A DNA stretch of 55,745 bases, taken from contig CALMDO010000235.1 in NCBI GenBank assembly GCA_937862805.1, positions 1 through 55,745 on the forward strand. The letters are read 5' to 3'. Within the stretch, counting starts at the first letter, position 1; each line of letters opens with the position of its first letter. Of the stretch, positions 50,611 to 55,745 are shown piece by piece. Below the pieces are notes generated by a model that saw nothing but the letters and a program-made list of their open reading frames with translations, was not told where the DNA came from and made no database searches. This stretch comes from an uncultured Bacteroidota bacterium. GTDB lineage: Bacteria; Bacteroidota; Bacteroidia; Bacteroidales; FEN-979. A program made the position numbers and the translations under genes.

Positions 50611-50666
50611 ACCTAATGGTTTGCTGTTAAAACGTACAAAGATAGTCAAAAGTCTTCACCGGGTAT

Positions 50667-50704
50667 AAAAAAAGCCCCTCCTGATTTGCCAGGAAGGGCT
50701 TTTT
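50667..50704 (-). terminator. Intrinsic terminator of secDF
   Basis: AAAAGCCC-CTCCTG...CAGGAA-GGGCTTTT hairpin with A/T runs, 14 nt beyond the stop. Confidence 0.75.
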
Positions 50705-50718
50705 AAAGGTTAAGATTT

Positions 50719-53700
50719 TTATTTAACTTTCTTTTTCAGCGCCAGTTCTTTATTCTCCCTACGGCGGCTTTGCCACTGGAGAATGTCATAAGCGATCGGG
50801 GTAGCGACAAATACAGAAGAGTACGTACCTGATACAACTCCGATGATCAATGCGAAGGTGAAACCTCTCAAAACCTCTCCTCCGAAGATAAAGATCACGA
50901 TCAGGGTTACCAGGGTAACACCGGAGGTATTGATGGTACGGCCCAGGGTGCTGTTGATGGCTGCGTTGATGTTGCTGCCGAGTTCCCGTTTGGGGTAGAG
51001 TGCCCGGTATTCACGGATTCTGTCGAAGATGATAACCGTATCCATAATGGAGTACCCGATGATTGTCAGCAGCGCTGCAATAAATGTCTGGTCAATCTCC
51101 ATACCGAATGGAAGGATGCCGTGGAACAAGGTAAACACGGTGAGAATGACCAGCGTATCGTGTGCCAATGAGATAACCCCTCCCAGACCGAACTGCCAGT
51201 TTTTGAACCGGATGGCAATGTAAATGAAGATGATAAGCAGAGAGAAGAGTACTGCCATGAAAGCACGCCATATTAAGGTATAGGAGATGGTGGGATCAAC
51301 CCGTTGTGAGCTTAGCTGACCAATGATTTTTTTAGCATCGGCCGATTTGAAATCGTTGTAAGAGATGGGGGTTTTATAGAATTGTTTGACCCCGTCGAAC
51401 AATTTCATGTTGACTATGGAATCCGATTTCTGATCCCGGTCGTTGATCATCACTTTGGTTGTGATTTTCACCTGGTTGCTTGGGCCAAAAGTCTTGACTT
51501 CGGGATATTCGCCCAAAGTCTTGTTGAGGGATTCACGGACATCATTGGTGGATACGTTCTGATCGAAACGGACGATATAGCTGCGTCCTCCGGTGAAATC
51601 CAGACCCGGTTCGAGGCCGCGGATGAAGAGGCTGATGATCCCCGGAATAATAATGGCGATGGAAAGGATGTACATTTTTTTCCTGAGCCCCATGAAGTCG
51701 ATGGAGATATTGTGCAGCAGGTCAAAGGTGTACTTATTACCGGTAGTAATCTTCATGTTGCGGTTAAGCATCCATTCAAAAACGAGACGTGCAATAAAGA
51801 TCGAGGAAAAGAGCGAGAGCAGCAGACCAAGTACCAGGGTGGTGGCAAAACCCTGGATGGGTCCTGTACCGAAGATATAGAGAACGATACCGGTAAGGAT
51901 CGTGGTGACGTGTCCGTCGATGATGGCAGAGAGGGCATGGTGGAAACCATCTTTAACAACCAGCCGGATTCCTTTTCCGGCACGGATCTCCTCTCGCATT
52001 CGCTCGTAGATGATCACGTTGGAGTCAACGGCCATAGCGAGGGTTAGAACAATACCGGCAATACCGGGAAGGGTGAGGACGGCGCCGATTGAAGCCAGAA
52101 CGCCGAAGAGAAAGAAGACGTTGGCGAAAAGCGCGATATCGGCCACATGACCAGCTCCGTTGTAGTAGAGTGACATATAAAGGAGAACTCCCAGGAAGGC
52201 AATGACGAAGGAGATCAGACCGGCATTGATGGATTCCTGACCCAGGGATGGGCCTACAATCTCTTCGGCCACGATCCTGGCCGGAGCAGGTAATTTACCT
52301 GCTTTCAGAATGTTGGCAAGGTCCTGTGCCTCCTCAACCGTCATGTTGCCGCCCGTGATGGAAGACATCCCGTTGGGGATTTCGTTGTTGACGTTGGGAT
52401 AACTGTACACGTAACCATCCAGGAGGATGGCAATTTGTTTGCCGATGTTTTCACCGGTGAGGCGTTTCCAGATACGTGCGCCTTCTGAGTTCATCGACAT
52501 CGACACTTCAACCCTTCCGTTTTGGTCGTAATCCTGACGGGCGTTGGTGATCACGTCTCCACCCAGGGCAGGACTGCCGTCACGGGATGTAACTTTCAGC
52601 GCTACGAGTTCCAGTACATTGGGTGATTCAGTGCGGGGTTTAACGGTCCAAGCCAGTTTCATGTCGCGTGGGAACATGTTTTTGGTCATCCGCAGCATCC
52701 GGTTGACCTGGGCGGTATCTTTGATAAAGGAGCGGCCGACCATGGCGGTCTGACCTGCCACGTATTGCCCGTTTTTGTCCTGATAAATCGCCGGGTTCAG
52801 GTAGGCAAAGAGGGGATTGACCTTGGCATACTCTTCAAAAGATTCGCTCTTTTGTTTACCCACTTTGGTTTTGGTGGTATCGGTACCCAGTTTTTTCAAC
52901 AAAGCGTTACCGGAGGTATCTTTTTTGGTGGTGTCGGCAGCTGCTTTGGAAGGTGCTTCCTTTTTTGCCGGCTCTTTCTTCTCAGCAAGGGTTTGTTTGG
53001 AGGCCAGAGTATTGGCTACGACGGCAGAATCGGCTTTCAGGGTGCTGTCGGCTTTGAGACTGTCGGCATTGGCACTCAGGATACTTACCAGTTTTTTGTT
53101 GGCTTCGGCGAAGAAGGGTTGTAGTTCGGGGAACTGATAGGTTTCCCAAAATTCAAGTTGTGCGGTTCCTTGCAGGAGTTTCCTGACCCTTTCGGGATCT
53201 TTGATGCCCGGGAGTTCGATCAGGATACGGCCGGCTGTTTGCAGCTTTTGAATATTGGGTTGAACGACACCGAAGCGGTCGATACGGGTCGTAAGGATGT
53301 TATAGGTTCTGTCAATAGCTCCGTTACTCTCTTCGCGGATTACTTTGATCACATCCTCATTGGTGGAGGAATAGTTAATCTTGTCTTTCAGTTCAACCGT
53401 GTTGAAAATAGCGGCCAACTTGGCGTTAGGATCTACTTCTTTAAATGATTCAGCGAAGAGATCCACAAAATCGCGGGTGCTGTTTTTCTCCTTTTCTGTG
53501 GCAATGAGCAAGGCTTTGTTGAAGGTCGGGTCAGGGTTGTTGCCCGACAGCGCGCGCACAACGTCTGGCACTGACACTGCCATGGTGACATTCATCCCTC
53601 CCTTGAGGTCGAGCCCGAGGTTAATTTCCCGCTCTTTTACATCCTTAAGCGTGTATTTTTTGACCAGGATGTTGTACACGTTCACGTTGGCCATCGAATC

Positions 53701-53925
53701 ATTGAAATGCTCCAGTTTTGCTTTGGAGATGGAATCATAGAAATATTCCACTTTCAACGGGTCGCCTTTTGCCATACTGGTTGCCATCGCTTTAACGGCC
53801 GGCGAGTTGGCATAATCCTGTGCTTTGGCGGAGTAGCGATAACTGATGAAAGTGAAGGACAGCTGGAACAAACAAACCAAAACGAAGGTAATCGCGAAAA
53901 ATTTAATAACGCCTTTGCTCTGCAT
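50719..53925 (-). CDS. secDF: Protein translocase fused subunit SecDF
   Basis: LGLDLKGG, RIDRFGV, LTLPGIAG...DSNVIIYER, GLDFTGG, GYSIMDTVIIFDRIRE motifs. Confidence 0.96.
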   Translation of the reverse strand: MQSKGVIKFFAITFVLVCLFQLSFTFISYRYSAKAQDYANSPAVKAMATSMAKGDPLKVEYFYDSISKAKLEHFNDSMANVNVYNILVKKYTLKDVKEREINLGLDLKGGMNVTMAVSVPDVVRALSGNNPDPTFNKALLIATEKEKNSTRDFVDLFAESFKEVDPNAKLAAIFNTVELKDKINYSSTNEDVIKVIREESNGAIDRTYNILTTRIDRFGVVQPNIQKLQTAGRILIELPGIKDPERVRKLLQGTAQLEFWETYQFPELQPFFAEANKKLVSILSANADSLKADSTLKADSAVVANTLASKQTLAEKKEPAKKEAPSKAAADTTKKDTSGNALLKKLGTDTTKTKVGKQKSESFEEYAKVNPLFAYLNPAIYQDKNGQYVAGQTAMVGRSFIKDTAQVNRMLRMTKNMFPRDMKLAWTVKPRTESPNVLELVALKVTSRDGSPALGGDVITNARQDYDQNGRVEVSMSMNSEGARIWKRLTGENIGKQIAILLDGYVYSYPNVNNEIPNGMSSITGGNMTVEEAQDLANILKAGKLPAPARIVAEEIVGPSLGQESINAGLISFVIAFLGVLLYMSLYYNGAGHVADIALFANVFFLFGVLASIGAVLTLPGIAGIVLTLAMAVDSNVIIYERMREEIRAGKGIRLVVKDGFHHALSAIIDGHVTTILTGIVLYIFGTGPIQGFATTLVLGLLLSLFSSIFIARLVFEWMLNRNMKITTGNKYTFDLLHNISIDFMGLRKKMYILSIAIIIPGIISLFIRGLEPGLDFTGGRSYIVRFDQNVSTNDVRESLNKTLGEYPEVKTFGPSNQVKITTKVMINDRDQKSDSIVNMKLFDGVKQFYKTPISYNDFKSADAKKIIGQLSSQRVDPTISYTLIWRAFMAVLFSLLIIFIYIAIRFKNWQFGLGGVISLAHDTLVILTVFTLFHGILPFGMEIDQTFIAALLTIIGYSIMDTVIIFDRIREYRALYPKRELGSNINAAINSTLGRTINTSGVTLVTLIVIFIFGGEVLRGFTFALIIGVVSGTYSSVFVATPIAYDILQWQSRRRENKELALKKKVK

Positions 53926-53979
53926 GAGTTTAGAGTTTTAATGGAAAGTATTTTTTATACCTGATTTTTTTTGAGGGTG

Positions 53980-53987
53980 CAAAATTA
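53980..53987 (-). promoter_or_regulatory. -7 promoter box of secDF
   Basis: TAATTTTG on the minus strand, 54 nt upstream of the ATG. Confidence 0.65.
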
Positions 53988-54018
53988 GGTAATTACTCTT
54001 TAATATCCAATATAATTG

Positions 54019-54609
54019 TTAAGGCTTTCCATTAAATTCGCTTTTGGAGCTGGCAGTATGATCGCGGGAAAGCCGTGTCAGCAATTTTTTCGCATACGAT
54101 CTGAAGCCGGCCCGTTCTTCCTCCATTCTCCATTGGATGGAATCGATCAGCTCCTGCCTTAGATCAGGTTCCTGTTCAACATAACGGGCAATTATCTCCA
54201 TGCTGTAAACTTTAGTTGAAACAGCTTCTTCTTTCGCCAACAACCAATCAAAACAAAGGCTTACAAGACGACCAGAAAGATCAGGGGAGGGGAGGGGTGA
54301 TCTTGCCAGAATATGCAGTGTGTGGCGTTTCAGACCATCATGTTGAAAGCACTCCAGCGCTTTAACAAGCGGGTCGATTCTCCCTTCCAACCATTCCGGT
54401 TTTTGTTCGGTGACCACATCCACAACCCACGCAGCCCGCCGGCTGACCGGTTCCAGGTTCAACAGAAACAACTCAAATAGGAGGTCAAAGAGCCTTTCCT
54501 GTGACCTAATCAGATCGGCGATCAGATCGGTATTCCGGCGTGACATCTCGCGGTTCAACAACCCGGTCAATTCCTCTTGCATCCGTTTCTGGTCGGGCTT
54601 CATGCACAA
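54019..54609 (-). CDS. Hypothetical alpha-helical (HEAT/ARM-like) protein
   Basis: SRRAAWVVD, CFDWL...KVYSM segments; TAAATTTG box at 54652-54659 upstream. Start uncertain. Confidence 0.65.
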   Translation of the reverse strand: MCMKPDQKRMQEELTGLLNREMSRRNTDLIADLIRSQERLFDLLFELFLLNLEPVSRRAAWVVDVVTEQKPEWLEGRIDPLVKALECFQHDGLKRHTLHILARSPLPSPDLSGRLVSLCFDWLLAKEEAVSTKVYSMEIIARYVEQEPDLRQELIDSIQWRMEEERAGFRSYAKKLLTRLSRDHTASSKSEFNGKP

Positions 54610-54732
54610 TCGGTTTTCATCGGGATGTGATGTTTTTCATGATTCAAAGGGCAAATTTATAAACAATTGAAATGGCTGCTTGCTCCAGTGAAAAAATTTC
54701 AGTGAACTATATCATAATCTATCGGATTGAGT

Positions 54733-54740
54733 TAATTTTG
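54733..54740 (+). promoter_or_regulatory. -7 promoter box of speA
   Basis: TAATTTTG 77 nt upstream of ATG 54818. Confidence 0.55.
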
Positions 54741-54817
54741 TCAACAAATTTTGATCCAGGTTATTTACTTGGTGGAAAAAACGATATAGTAAATCAGTTA
54801 CATTCAATTCTGATTGT

Positions 54818-55745
54818 ATGAAAAACAAGTACATTGACCTCATCGAACAAACCTTCGACTTTCCACAGGATGAGTTTGAGGTGATTGACAATGAGCTCTA
54901 CTTTTACCAGGTTCCCCTGATGGATATCATCAAACAGTATGGTACACCACTGAAAATCTCTTACCTGCCAAAGGTCAGTTCCCAGATTCAGCGGGCGAAA
55001 AGGTTGTTCAATGTCGCCATGGCAAAAGTTGATTACCAGGGGGATTATCACTACTGCTATTGCACCAAGAGTTCTCATTTCAGCTTTATTCTGGAAGAAG
55101 CACTTAAAAACGATATCCATCTGGAGACCTCCTCCGCTTTTGATATTTCCATCATTGAAGACCTTGCCGAACGTGGATTGTTCGCGAAAGACCGTTACGT
55201 CATCTGCAATGGTTTTAAACGTCCCCAGTACATTGAGAACATTGTCAATCTTTTCAATAACGGATTTACCAACATGATCCCCGTCCTTGACAATCTGTTT
55301 GAACTGGAAAAATATGAAGCCGGAATCCGGGGAAAAATGAAACTGGGCATCCGGATTGCGTCGGAAGAAGAGCCAAAATTCGACTTTTATACCTCCCGCC
55401 TGGGAATCCGGTACAACGACATCATCCCTTATTTTCAGGAAAAAATTCAGAACAACCCGAAGTTTGAACTGAAAATGCTCCATTTTTTCATCAACACCGG
55501 CATCAAAGACAAAGCTTATTATTGGAATGAGTTGAATAAAAGCGTAAGCGTCTATTGTGAGCTGAAAAAGATTTGCCCCGAACTCACTTTCCTGAACATC
55601 GGAGGAGGGCTACCTATCAAAAATTCCCTCGATTTCACCTACGATTATGAATACATGGCTGAAGAGATCATTGCCCAGGTGAAAAGCATTTGTGAGCGGA
55701 ATGATGTTCCTGAACCTGATATATTTACCGAATTCGGATCCTTCA
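54818..55745 (+). CDS. speA: Arginine decarboxylase (Bacteroidota type), 3'-truncated by window edge
   Basis: Read manually: MKNKYIDLIEQTFDFPQ..., YCYCTKSSH (PLP Lys), ETSS, CNGFK, LHFF, NIGGG, FTEFG. Open to the window end, so missing from the ORF track. Confidence 0.9.
   Translation, partial: MKNKYIDLIEQTFDFPQDEFEVIDNELYFYQVPLMDIIKQYGTPLKISYLPKVSSQIQRAKRLFNVAMAKVDYQGDYHYCYCTKSSHFSFILEEALKNDIHLETSSAFDISIIEDLAERGLFAKDRYVICNGFKRPQYIENIVNLFNNGFTNMIPVLDNLFELEKYEAGIRGKMKLGIRIASEEEPKFDFYTSRLGIRYNDIIPYFQEKIQNNPKFELKMLHFFINTGIKDKAYYWNELNKSVSVYCELKKICPELTFLNIGGGLPIKNSLDFTYDYEYMAEEIIAQVKSICERNDVPEPDIFTEFGSF

Noticed and set aside
54794-55483. 229-aa minus-strand ORF
   Set aside because: Shadow of speA, which runs off the window on the plus strand.

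Overview
Gene-dense, mostly housekeeping chromosome segment of a Bacteroidota organism, probably an anaerobic Bacteroidales. Support: many TAnnTTTG -7 promoter boxes, a T9SS cargo protein, Bacteroidota-type PurM/SpeA/S16/SecDF, DUF4492-cydAB, and signal peptides cleaved before Gln. From left to right it carries: the 3' end of a type III R-M mod gene plus intact res; a C10 peptidase-CUB-CUB-T9SS protein; a small wzx-GT2-GT2-ligase glycan locus; BatA/vWA; gdhA; rpsP-rimM-tRNA methylase; DUF2231 plus a signal-peptide-bearing rubrerythrin; dnaE-trxA-DUF58-valS-typA; a tightly coupled five-gene heterodisulfide-reductase-like operon; BMP lipoprotein, DUF4159 and rsmE; cytochrome bd with an unannotated 32-aa membrane ORF; lemA/TPM; htpG; ilvE; pyrF-prfA-purM; a PorE-like OmpA protein; secDF; and the start of speA. 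Best candidates for undescribed biology: (1) the Hdr operon, whose C/B/A subunits look like the sulfur-oxidiser sHdrC1B1A type but are joined to a membrane HdrDE/HdrF-like module; (2) an apparently exported rubrerythrin paired with a His-containing membrane protein; (3) a candidate small cytochrome bd subunit; (4) a PorE-like protein ending in a degenerate retropepsin-like domain. No tRNA/rRNA, CRISPR array or mobile element was seen by eye. All family calls come from motif recognition, with no database searches.
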